From: a virus
Taxonomy: Duplodnaviria; Heunggongvirae; Uroviricota; Caudoviricetes
Length of the DNA: 28,309 bases
Virus record (IMG/VR): IMGVR_UViG_3300035492_000070
Reading direction: 5' to 3' (one strand)
Within the stretch, counting starts at the first letter, position 1. Each line of letters opens with the position of its first letter. A program made the position numbers and the translations under genes. Of this stretch, positions 7,281 through 15,977 are shown in pieces. The notes beneath the pieces are model-generated. The model was given only the letters and a program-made list of their open reading frames with translations. It did no database searches and was not told the origin of the DNA.

Positions 7281-10200
7281 ATGGTAGACACTAGCATTGC
7301 TCCATATTTTGACGATTACGAAGCAGGTAAAAATTACCATAAAATGCTTTTTGTTCCTCGTCGTGCTGTTCAGGTAAGAGAGTTGAACCAACTCCAGACT
7401 ATGTTGCAAGAACAGGTCAAAAGGTTTGGTAATCATGTATTTAAAGATGGTTCAATGGTCATTCCAGGCGAATTTAATTATGACCTGAACTTTGAATATG
7501 TTACTGTTTCAGGTCTAAACTTTAATGACATTCTGCCTTTTTTACAGAATAACACCGTTGAGTTGGTTGATGGTTCTGGTCGTGTTGCTAAGGTAATTGA
7601 ATATGCCGAAAACACTCTAACTGACCCTGTTACATTCTTTGTTCAATATACAGACAATAATGACAACGATACTGCCAGGTTTGTTAATGGTACAACATTA
7701 ACTCTTAAAACGTCTTTGGGTGTTAATATCACGACAATGACTGTTCTAGGTACAGGTCAAGGTTCTGTTTTTACTGTTGAAAACGGTATTTACTTTATTA
7801 AAGGCAACTTCATTCAGTCGAACTCTCAACGTATTGTCATTTCAAAATATACGTCTGTGCCTGATGCTATTGTTGGTTTTAGATTAAATGAAAATATCGT
7901 TACCTATTCAGAAGATACTTCTCTATTAGATAACGCTAACGGTACTACCAACTTCAACGCAATCGGTGCCGACCGTTTAGAAATGAAGCTTGTTTTAGAA
8001 TCTTACCCTTCTGGTTCAACGTTCGATAGAGAAAACTTTATTGAATTGGCTGTATTTGAACAAGGTGAACTGAAACAACAGGCTCGTACTCCTGATTATT
8101 CTATTTTAGAAGAGACTTTAGCTCGTCGTACATTTGATGAGTCAGGAGACTATACTGTTTCTGCTTTTGGTTTAACTGTTCGTGAACATTTGAAATCAGG
8201 CGACAACAACGGTTTGTATCCTGCTCCTCAGGGCGATTCTTCTAAGTTCGTAGTTGGTGTTGAACCTGGTAAGGCCTATGTAAAAGGTTTTGAAGTTGAA
8301 AATATCTCGACTCAATACGTAGAAGTGGAAAAAGCTAGAACAACCGCTGTAGAAAATAACTCAGCATTCACTGCTCCTGTTGGCAATTATGTGTTGGTAT
8401 CTTCTCCGAACACCATACCTAATTCAAATGAACACCAGCAAATATCTTTCTATAGTGGTACATTTATTTCTCCGGGTAGTGTTCCTTCGGGTACTGTTTT
8501 GGGTACTGCTAGAGTTAAGTATGTGTCGTTCAACGCTACGAGTGATATATTAGCACTCTACTTGTTTGATGTTAAGAATGCCGCTGGGTTGAATGATTCT
8601 AGTTTCTTGGCTAATGCACAATCAGTATACTCTGCTGGCTCGCCTTCGTTTACCGCTGGATTAGAGTCGGAATTAATTGAGTCTATTAACTACTCTAACA
8701 TTTTCAGATTACCTGTGTCTAATGTCAAGAGTTTATTAGACGGTTCCGTATCAGATACTTCTTTGTCGGTGTTACGTCAATACCAAGCAACCGCTGATAC
8801 CAACGGTACGATCGTATTAACTGCTGGTACAAATGAAATTTTTGCTACACCTACCACTTCAAATTCATGCGCTGCGTTAGGCGGTGATGTCGTTGATATC
8901 TCAACTATTGCGGTATTGGGTGGTATTCCATTAGGTAAAACTTTAACAATCAACTTTGGTTCGGGTAATGCATCTCTGCCTGTCAGGGTTAGCACTCAAG
9001 TAGTTAAACAAATCGCGGCACAAAGAAGCAAAGTGTTGACTCCTAGAACCATCACAAGAACTCCTGCTCAGTTCGTAGGCAATCGCTTATCGTTAGGTAG
9101 AGCGGATGTCGAAAAGTTGACATCTGTAGTTATGGGTGGTGTGGATATTACCAGTTCATTCAAATTAGTTAAAAACGATACTCTTGAGTCATATGGTATT
9201 TCTTATATTGAGTTATTACCTGGACAAGCAATGCCTAGTGCTGATGTAACAATAAATTACCAATATTTCTTACATGGTACAGGTGATTTCTTCTCGGTTG
9301 ATTCTTACTCGGGTATTAACTATGAAGATATTCCTAAAGTTCGCATTAATAACCGTGATGTCAGCCTAAGTGATGTTCTTGACTTTAGACCGCGTATAAA
9401 CGACGCAGGTACAGGTTACACTGGGACAGGCGGTACTGTAACAGAGGCACCGGTCCCTTTCACTGTTATTCGAGCTGATGTTGAACACTACTTACCAAGA
9501 ATTGATAAGGTGTTTGTAACATCAAAAGGTTCTTTTGGTGTTGCTAAAGGCGTACCTAGTATTTCACCTGTAGAACCGACTACACCTGATAATTCAATGG
9601 TCATCTATAAATTAGATGTGCCTGCATATACTGCCTCTGTTAATGATATTCAAGTTCAATATATTAATAACCGCCGGTATACCATGCGGGATATTGGTAA
9701 GTTAGAAAATCGTATTTCTAACCTTGAATACTACACGACCTTATCTTTGTTAGAAACCGAGACAGAGGCAATGCAAGTCATTGACCCACTGACCGGTTTA
9801 AATAGGTTCAAGAACGGTTTCATTGTTGATAATTTTGTTGATCATAGCGTAGGCTCATTCACTTTACCTGAATATAAGTGCTCAGTATCAGGTGAGTTAG
9901 CAGAGCTACGTCCAGAATTTACTTCCGATTATATCGACTTTCAATTCAATGTAGGTGGGTCTAGCGGGGTAACTCGTAAAGGTCAGTTGATTACCTTACC
10001 GTATACCGAAGTAAACTATCTTAACCAAACACAAGCAAGCAACACTATGAATGTGAACCCTTATGCGGTTTATATGTGGGGCGGTAGTGTTACTTTAACT
10101 CCATCTAGTGATGTTTGGTTTGATACTGTATATACTGAACCTGAAGTAACTTTCCGTGTATTCAATAACGGTAACTTATCGCAAGCATGGAACTCTTGGT

Positions 10201-12194
10201 CAACCAACTGGTTAGGTGTATTAGAACGAGATGGTGTTGTTTCTAGAGAAGAGCGTATCGGCGGATTCGTTGATATGGGTCCTATCGTTACCACTACTAC
10301 CACAACCAATACCGCTGTTGTGGGAGATAGAGTAGTAAATCGGTCAGTTATACCTTTCATGAGATCAATTGAGGTAAGGTTCAAAGGTGAAGGTTTATTA
10401 CCTAAGAGCCGTGTATATGCGATTTTTGATAATGTAAACGTTTCTGCTTTCTGTAAACAGGACGGTAAGGCTTATGGTCAAGCAATGTTCACTGATGCAG
10501 ACGGTGAAATTAGCGGTACATTCTTAATCCCGAATAACCAAACAGCAAGGTTCAGAACAGGAACAAAACAATTCACATTAATTGATAACCCTGCAGGTGA
10601 CAAGGTTACATCTGTATCTTACGGTGACGCTGACTTTACTGCTAATGGTACAGTGGTAACAAGAACCCAATCCATTACCACTACACAGAATATCGTTCAA
10701 ACAGTTCAACCTAGAATTAGATTCGTTGATCCTTTGGCACAGTCATTCTTGGTTGATAAGAACGGCGGCTTGTTTGTAACTAGCATTGATGTATTCTTTG
10801 CATCTAAAGACCAGTCTGTTCCTGTTACAATGGAAATTCGTGAAATGGTTAACGGTTATCCGGGCAGAACCGTTATTCCAGGCGGTAAAGTGTTACTGAA
10901 ACCGTCACAAGTCAGTGTTTCAAGTAATGCTTCTTTGAATACAAGATTCACATTCCCAAATCCAGTTTATTTGATGGAAGGCCAGGAATACTGTTTTGTT
11001 CTGTTATCGAACTGTAACTCATATAATGTCTACATTGGTACAATGGGAGAAAGGGTTGTTAACTCTAATGCGTATATCACCAAGCAGCCTTATGTTGGAG
11101 TATTGTTCAAGTCACAGAACAACTCTACTTGGACCGCCGATCAAAACTCGGATATGAAATTTGCGATCAATATCGCAAGATTCCAAACAGGTGTGAACGG
11201 TGTAGCACAATTTGTGAATGGTTATCCTCAAAGTGTGGTACTAGATAATAACCCTCTGACATCAGTGGCTTCTAGTAATGTTATTAACGTTACATTCAAA
11301 AATCATGGCTTAGTAACAAGTGCATTAGTTTCTTTGAGTGGTGTGTCTACTGCGCCAGGTATCCCATTGGCAGAGTTAAATACTAACCATGAGGTGACAG
11401 TTATAGACAATGACAATTTTACAATTCAAGTAACCACGAATGCTAATGCATCGGGTACGTTTGGTGGTAACGCTGTTCAGTGTTCTAAGAGTGTGATTAT
11501 TGATACCTTACAGCCTGTTTCAGAACATTTGGTGTTTGAAGGAACTGATGTAACTTGGACTTACCAGGGTATTACAGGCAAATCGTTAGATGGTATTGAA
11601 ACACCATATATTCAAACTGATGCGTTTAGTGTAGCAGTAAATAGAAATACTAACTTGCCATTCCCTCTTATGATATGTAATGAGGTAGATGAACAAGCTA
11701 AGATTCCGGGTAAATCGGGTGTGATTACAGCGAATATGATTACATTCAACGAAAACATTTCGCCGGTAATTGACTTAGATAGAATCGGTTTAATCACTGT
11801 ACATAACAGAATTAACAATCCTAATTCTTTAAATGAATTGAATGCTAATGGTGGGAATGCCGAGGCAAGATATATCACTAATGTAGTTGGGTTAACCGAA
11901 TCAGCTAATTCGCTAAAAGTGTTTATTGATGCAAATAAACCACAAAATGCAGATATTAAGGTGTTCTATCGTACAGGTAACAGTACAGAAGAAGTAAGTG
12001 CTAAATCTTGGTTAGAGTTAACCACAGTCAAGGCACTAACCACTGTTGACTTGAACACTTTTGTCGAGGCAGAATACGGTGTTGATAATATCACAAACTT
12101 TAGTTTTTACCAATTCAAGATTGTGTTGTTGTCGGAATCTTCATCAGTTATTCCTAGAGTTAAACGTCTGCGTGGTATAGCGTTAGGTACTTAA
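7281..12194 (+). CDS. Large virion structural protein, DUF4815/VrlC-like (baseplate/tail-associated)
   Basis: N-terminus APYFDDYE..KNYHKMLFVPRRAVQVRELNQLQTMLQEQVKRFGNHVFKDGSMV, RYTMRDIGKLENRISNLEYYTTLSLLE and DPLAQSF are characteristic of this family; 1637 aa. Confidence 0.8.
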   Translation: MVDTSIAPYFDDYEAGKNYHKMLFVPRRAVQVRELNQLQTMLQEQVKRFGNHVFKDGSMVIPGEFNYDLNFEYVTVSGLNFNDILPFLQNNTVELVDGSGRVAKVIEYAENTLTDPVTFFVQYTDNNDNDTARFVNGTTLTLKTSLGVNITTMTVLGTGQGSVFTVENGIYFIKGNFIQSNSQRIVISKYTSVPDAIVGFRLNENIVTYSEDTSLLDNANGTTNFNAIGADRLEMKLVLESYPSGSTFDRENFIELAVFEQGELKQQARTPDYSILEETLARRTFDESGDYTVSAFGLTVREHLKSGDNNGLYPAPQGDSSKFVVGVEPGKAYVKGFEVENISTQYVEVEKARTTAVENNSAFTAPVGNYVLVSSPNTIPNSNEHQQISFYSGTFISPGSVPSGTVLGTARVKYVSFNATSDILALYLFDVKNAAGLNDSSFLANAQSVYSAGSPSFTAGLESELIESINYSNIFRLPVSNVKSLLDGSVSDTSLSVLRQYQATADTNGTIVLTAGTNEIFATPTTSNSCAALGGDVVDISTIAVLGGIPLGKTLTINFGSGNASLPVRVSTQVVKQIAAQRSKVLTPRTITRTPAQFVGNRLSLGRADVEKLTSVVMGGVDITSSFKLVKNDTLESYGISYIELLPGQAMPSADVTINYQYFLHGTGDFFSVDSYSGINYEDIPKVRINNRDVSLSDVLDFRPRINDAGTGYTGTGGTVTEAPVPFTVIRADVEHYLPRIDKVFVTSKGSFGVAKGVPSISPVEPTTPDNSMVIYKLDVPAYTASVNDIQVQYINNRRYTMRDIGKLENRISNLEYYTTLSLLETETEAMQVIDPLTGLNRFKNGFIVDNFVDHSVGSFTLPEYKCSVSGELAELRPEFTSDYIDFQFNVGGSSGVTRKGQLITLPYTEVNYLNQTQASNTMNVNPYAVYMWGGSVTLTPSSDVWFDTVYTEPEVTFRVFNNGNLSQAWNSWSTNWLGVLERDGVVSREERIGGFVDMGPIVTTTTTTNTAVVGDRVVNRSVIPFMRSIEVRFKGEGLLPKSRVYAIFDNVNVSAFCKQDGKAYGQAMFTDADGEISGTFLIPNNQTARFRTGTKQFTLIDNPAGDKVTSVSYGDADFTANGTVVTRTQSITTTQNIVQTVQPRIRFVDPLAQSFLVDKNGGLFVTSIDVFFASKDQSVPVTMEIREMVNGYPGRTVIPGGKVLLKPSQVSVSSNASLNTRFTFPNPVYLMEGQEYCFVLLSNCNSYNVYIGTMGERVVNSNAYITKQPYVGVLFKSQNNSTWTADQNSDMKFAINIARFQTGVNGVAQFVNGYPQSVVLDNNPLTSVASSNVINVTFKNHGLVTSALVSLSGVSTAPGIPLAELNTNHEVTVIDNDNFTIQVTTNANASGTFGGNAVQCSKSVIIDTLQPVSEHLVFEGTDVTWTYQGITGKSLDGIETPYIQTDAFSVAVNRNTNLPFPLMICNEVDEQAKIPGKSGVITANMITFNENISPVIDLDRIGLITVHNRINNPNSLNELNANGGNAEARYITNVVGLTESANSLKVFIDANKPQNADIKVFYRTGNSTEEVSAKSWLELTTVKALTTVDLNTFVEAEYGVDNITNFSFYQFKIVLLSESSSVIPRVKRLRGIALGT

Positions 12195-12195
12195 T

Positions 12196-12411
12196 ATGGT
12201 AACTTTGCATAAAGTTGAAGGGTACAAGGGTTTGCGGAAGGATTCGCAAACCGGTGCCGTAATCAATACAGATAAAAGCGCTTTAATGCAGGCCAAAGAA
12301 AGAAAGGCTGCGATATTAGCGGAAAAACAAAGAGTTTTGAATTTAGAAAAACAAGTTGAAGATCTAACATTATTGGTTCAACAACTGTTAAATAAGGAAT
12401 CTAATAAATGA
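12196..12411 (+). CDS. Small hypothetical protein with C-terminal coiled coil
   Basis: KVEG..L.+D..TGAVINTD then an amphipathic helix; I recall this type of ORF following DUF4815 genes in T4-like phages; tightly packed with its neighbours. Confidence 0.65.
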   Translation: MVTLHKVEGYKGLRKDSQTGAVINTDKSALMQAKERKAAILAEKQRVLNLEKQVEDLTLLVQQLLNKESNK

Positions 12412-12947
12412 GTCAAGTGTTAACACCTAGAGATACCTTTAGACAATGGTATGAAAAGATTAATGCTATTGTAACAGGACAAGATTTCGGCAGCACGGGT
12501 TTTTATTACGACCCTTCTCAGGATGATGGACTTACCGTATCTGTATTGTCGGGCAATGTCAGGTCAGGATCTGTAGTTGAGGTGTTGCCTGACTCAACGT
12601 TCTTGCTACCCGCTAGCACCATTTCGGTGTTATGTGTTTATAAAGGGATTAGTCAACCTGCGGACTTTCGATTATATACAGCAGGTCAACTACCAGAGTA
12701 TGACGTCATCCCGTTATGGGAATTTATTACCTCTGATAACAGTGTCGTTGAATACACTGACCTAAGAACCGCATTCGTTATGAGTGGTTCAGGAACACAG
12801 CAACGCGGTATTCTGTTTATGGACAAAACCATTGACCAAGATTATACCGTAGACGCCAATAAAAATGCTTTATCGGTTGGCCCTATTACCGTATTAGAAG
12901 GTGTAACGGTAACCGTCGATGGTTCTTCTGAATGGGTGGTGGTATAA
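12408..12947 (+). CDS. Probable virion structural/fibre-associated protein
   Basis: N-terminal DTFRQWYEKIN and C-terminal TIDQDYTV..KNALSVGPITV..GVTVTV..SEWVVV resemble motifs of phage structural proteins; ATGA and TAATG overlaps with its neighbours. Confidence 0.6.
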   Translation: MSQVLTPRDTFRQWYEKINAIVTGQDFGSTGFYYDPSQDDGLTVSVLSGNVRSGSVVEVLPDSTFLLPASTISVLCVYKGISQPADFRLYTAGQLPEYDVIPLWEFITSDNSVVEYTDLRTAFVMSGSGTQQRGILFMDKTIDQDYTVDANKNALSVGPITVLEGVTVTVDGSSEWVVV

Positions 12948-13684
12948 TGGATAGAGCAGGATTTTCAGAATATTGCTTAAGAAAGCTGGGTAAACCTGTT
13001 ATTAACATTAACGTAGCGCCCACTCAGATAGAAGATCGTATTAATGAGGCCATTCAAGTGTGGCACGAAAAACATTTCGACGCAACAGAAAAAACATGGG
13101 TAGCTTATCGTTTAACAGAGCAAGATGTTCTTAATGGTTATATTACCATGCCAAACGATATTCATATTGTAGACCAATTAATCCCAATGTCAACAATTTA
13201 CAAGGAATATGGTTCTGACAGTTTATTCAGTTATCGTTATCAATTTATGATACAGAACATATCCCCTTTCATGCCGTTGGACACCTTGAACTACTATATG
13301 ACCATGCAGAACATTAATGAGGTTAATGACCTTGTTAACACAACTGAAAGGTTTGAGTTTACGAAGCATAAGAATAAATTGGTAGTGTATAAAGGACTAG
13401 AGAACATGAAGGTCGATGATCTTTTATGTTTTCATGTATATAAGAAAATTGACCCTAACACAGATGAATCTGCGTGGGAAGATAAATGGTTACGCCAGTA
13501 TGCTACCGCTTTGATTAAACGACAATGGGGTGAGAACCTTAAGAAACACGGCGAGATTCAGTTGTTAGGTGGTGTAACTGTTAACGGTCAACAAATTTTC
13601 GATGAAGCGATTCAAGAATTAGAGAAGCTGGAAACCGAGTTAAGAGAAACCTATGAGGAACCAGTATCTTTTTTTGTAGGATAA
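12947..13684 (+). CDS. gp13: Neck protein gp13
   Basis: EYCLRKLGKPVININVAPTQIEDRINEAIQ..W+RQYATALIKRQWGENLKK..LLGGVTVNGQQIFDEA..EEPVSFFVG. Start at ATG 12947 (TAATG coupling). Confidence 0.92.
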   Translation: MDRAGFSEYCLRKLGKPVININVAPTQIEDRINEAIQVWHEKHFDATEKTWVAYRLTEQDVLNGYITMPNDIHIVDQLIPMSTIYKEYGSDSLFSYRYQFMIQNISPFMPLDTLNYYMTMQNINEVNDLVNTTERFEFTKHKNKLVVYKGLENMKVDDLLCFHVYKKIDPNTDESAWEDKWLRQYATALIKRQWGENLKKHGEIQLLGGVTVNGQQIFDEAIQELEKLETELRETYEEPVSFFVG

Positions 13685-13731
13685 GTAACTGTTTTTAGTT
13701 ACAAAAGAGGTTCGTAACTGTTTTTAGTTAC
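13685..13731. repeat. 18-bp direct repeat GTAACTGTTTTTAGTTAC, each copy a hairpin
   Basis: Copies at 13685-13702 and 13714-13731. Confidence 0.9.
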
Positions 13732-13743
13732 GAACCTCTTTTT
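13703..13743. terminator. Bidirectional intrinsic terminator between convergent genes
   Basis: 17-bp perfect stem AAAAGAGGTTCGTAACT / AGTTACGAACCTCTTTT, 6-nt loop, A tract on the left and T tract on the right. Confidence 0.85.
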
Positions 13744-13745
13744 GT

Positions 13746-14033
13746 TTAGAAACTATAAAATCCCATTTCGCCGGCTACACCTACATATCCACCATGTTTG
13801 TTTAACCATGGTTGTAAGTTAAAAGCCACTGTCCAACGACCCCAGGACGGTACGTAAAAAACCACGTAGTCAACTGTCTTTGTTGTGTTAGCGTCAAAGT
13901 ATTGTGCTAACTTTTTAGATACTTCCTCGGCTACCTTTTCTGCGCGGGCCTCTGTTGCGTAATTTTTACAAGGGCTTTTGTTTTCTGTGCGGTACTTTTC
14001 GATACGAGCTACTAAAGATTTGATAATGTTCAT
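13746..14033 (-). CDS. Hypothetical 95-aa protein, antisense early gene inside the late cluster
   Basis: Has its own promoter, an AAGGA RBS and a terminator; no family recognised. Confidence 0.75.
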   Translation of the reverse strand: MNIIKSLVARIEKYRTENKSPCKNYATEARAEKVAEEVSKKLAQYFDANTTKTVDYVVFYVPSWGRWTVAFNLQPWLNKHGGYVGVAGEMGFYSF

Positions 14034-14073
14034 AATGTAGTTTCCTTTTCACGTTGTTTGTTTAACTGTTCTT

Positions 14074-14102
14074 ATTATAAGAGATGGTTAGATATACGTC
14101 AA
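14074..14102 (-). promoter_or_regulatory. Strong sigma70-type early promoter with AT-rich UP element
   Basis: Minus strand TTGACG-17 bp-TATAAT; A/T tracts at 14107-14133. Confidence 0.85.
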
Positions 14103-14140
14103 CAACTTTTTTTAAATTATTTTGAAAATTTTTCACATTC

Positions 14141-14148
14141 ACTAAATA
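14141..14148 (+). promoter_or_regulatory. Late promoter variant ACTAAATA for gene 14
   Basis: Sits right after the antisense insert, 28 nt before the gp14 ATG. Confidence 0.68.
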
Positions 14149-14175
14149 GATAATAACCCTTAACAGGAAACAGCT

Positions 14176-14802
14176 ATGCTCAACCCTTACCACTCACATT
14201 ATACAGCAACGAACGAGCAAGATTTGACCGACTCCTTAATCATCGAGGCGATACAAGCAAAGGGCCTAGAAATTAAATACATGCCTCGTACGCATAACAA
14301 CTATAACGCTCTTTTCGGTGAAGACCCAACATCATCATTTGAATCGTGTACCTCAATTGAAATGTATCCAGCAGATGTTTCTGGTTTTGGTGGAGACGGT
14401 GAGTTAATGTCTAAGTTTGGTTTAGAGATTAAAGACACTGCAACATTTATTCTTAACAAGACCAGGTTCAAACAAGAGTTTCCGGATATGGTTCGCCCTA
14501 AAGAGGGCGACTTGTTATTCATGCCTTACACTAATGCAATTTTAGAAATTAAGTTCGTTAACCATGAAAGTCCATTCTTTCAACAAGGTAGACAATACGT
14601 TTATGAACTAAAAGTAGAAACGTTCGAATTAAGCCATGAAGAGTTTATAACAAATGACACTGAGATTGACGGTTTGATTGGTGACCTATTAGATTTTGAT
14701 TCAGAAATAGAAACCGAGAAATACGGCGATAACGATGTATTGGAAACTGAATATGAACCTAGTACATCTTTTGATCCTGCTAATCCTTTTGGAGTGAATT
14801 AA
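14176..14802 (+). CDS. gp14: Neck protein gp14
   Basis: EQDLTDSLIIEAIQAKG..KYMPR..LFGED..GFGGDGELMSKFGLEIKD..RPKEGDLLFMP..PFFQQG..YELKVETFE. Confidence 0.92.
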   Translation: MLNPYHSHYTATNEQDLTDSLIIEAIQAKGLEIKYMPRTHNNYNALFGEDPTSSFESCTSIEMYPADVSGFGGDGELMSKFGLEIKDTATFILNKTRFKQEFPDMVRPKEGDLLFMPYTNAILEIKFVNHESPFFQQGRQYVYELKVETFELSHEEFITNDTEIDGLIGDLLDFDSEIETEKYGDNDVLETEYEPSTSFDPANPFGVN

Positions 14803-14803
14803 G

Positions 14804-15490
14804 ATGGCGGTATTAGAGAATCATTTTTACCATAAGACAATGACATTATATGCGGGTATTTTCGGCTCTATATTCAACGAGATTAAAATCAAACGAGATA
14901 ACAATAAGCTTATTAAGGTTCCTATTGCATATTCGGCGAAACAGCGGTATGATGTTAGAAACGAACAAAACCCTGACCCTAATTCAGTTCGTTACAAAAT
15001 GCAACTACCTCGCCTAGGGTTTCGTTTAATTGGCTTTCGGAAAGATAGCGACCGTATCACCAATAAAATGATTCGTATCAGGGAAGACTATGATACGATT
15101 GCTGATGGTGTTCAAACTCAATATAACCGTGTTCCATTTATATTCAGCTTTGAGTTAAACGCTAAAACAAAAACACTTGATGATATGCTACAAATCATAG
15201 AGCAGATTGTAGTTTATTTCAACCCATCTTTAACCGTCAACGTTCTAGACAACCCGGATTTAGGCCATGACTCTGCTGTATTGGTCAAATTACTTGACTC
15301 GGGCCTAGATCAAATGTTCGAAGGTTCCTTTGAAATGGAACAGGTAATTGAAACCACAATGCAATTTGAGTTAGAGGGTTGGTTATATCTACCTACTAAC
15401 AATGTCAAAGTCATTAAACAGATTGACATTAACTATTTTGATTTGGATAGACCTGAATTGTTACTAGAGTCTACAAGGATTACAGAATGA
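14804..15490 (+). CDS. gp15: Tail sheath stabiliser/completion protein gp15
   Basis: HFYHKTM..FGSIFNEIKIKR..KVPIAYS..LPRLGF..RVPFIFSFEL..DDMLQIIEQIVVYFNPS. Confidence 0.9.
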   Translation: MAVLENHFYHKTMTLYAGIFGSIFNEIKIKRDNNKLIKVPIAYSAKQRYDVRNEQNPDPNSVRYKMQLPRLGFRLIGFRKDSDRITNKMIRIREDYDTIADGVQTQYNRVPFIFSFELNAKTKTLDDMLQIIEQIVVYFNPSLTVNVLDNPDLGHDSAVLVKLLDSGLDQMFEGSFEMEQVIETTMQFELEGWLYLPTNNVKVIKQIDINYFDLDRPELLLESTRITE

Positions 15491-15966
15491 GTAAAACAAA
15501 TTTCGAGAAACGCCTGGATCAAATAATTAGCGCAGAGGGTGATATCTCTGCCGCTTTAGATGAACTCGAAGGAGAGGAGCCTAGACAACTTCCTGAAGTC
15601 GTAGAATTTGATCATGTTCCTTCCGTTGTAGAAGAAGGTGAGTCAATTTCAAAAGATACTGTTGATGACTATAAGTTTGTTCGCAATGTGTTATATGGTC
15701 TTATCAATAGAGGCGCAGTTGCTTTAGAAGGTTCTTTAATGATTGCTAGGGAATCTGAGCATCCTCGTGCATACGAAGTCTCATCGAACATTATGAAAAC
15801 ACTGGCAGATGTATCAAAGGATTTAATAGCATTACAAGAGTCAATTAAACCTAAGTCTAAGGTTAATGTGGGTAAACAAATCAACGTTCAAAATAATTTT
15901 GGTGATAATAAACCAGAGTCAATCAGCGACGCAAAAGATATTAGCAAAATGCTAGATGAACTATAA
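15487..15966 (+). CDS. gp16: Terminase small subunit gp16
   Basis: DDYKFVRNVL..ARESEHPRAYEV..L..LQ; lies directly before gp17. Confidence 0.88.
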   Translation: MSKTNFEKRLDQIISAEGDISAALDELEGEEPRQLPEVVEFDHVPSVVEEGESISKDTVDDYKFVRNVLYGLINRGAVALEGSLMIARESEHPRAYEVSSNIMKTLADVSKDLIALQESIKPKSKVNVGKQINVQNNFGDNKPESISDAKDISKMLDEL

Positions 15967-15977
15967 GGTGTATTGTA

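Noticed and set aside
5319-12765. ORFs 5319-5612, 7242-7436, 8777-8995, 10070-10384, 11612-11878 (minus) and 12577-12765 (plus, alternate frame)
   Set aside because: Wholly or largely inside well-supported genes; no recognisable motifs, and I found no expression signals.
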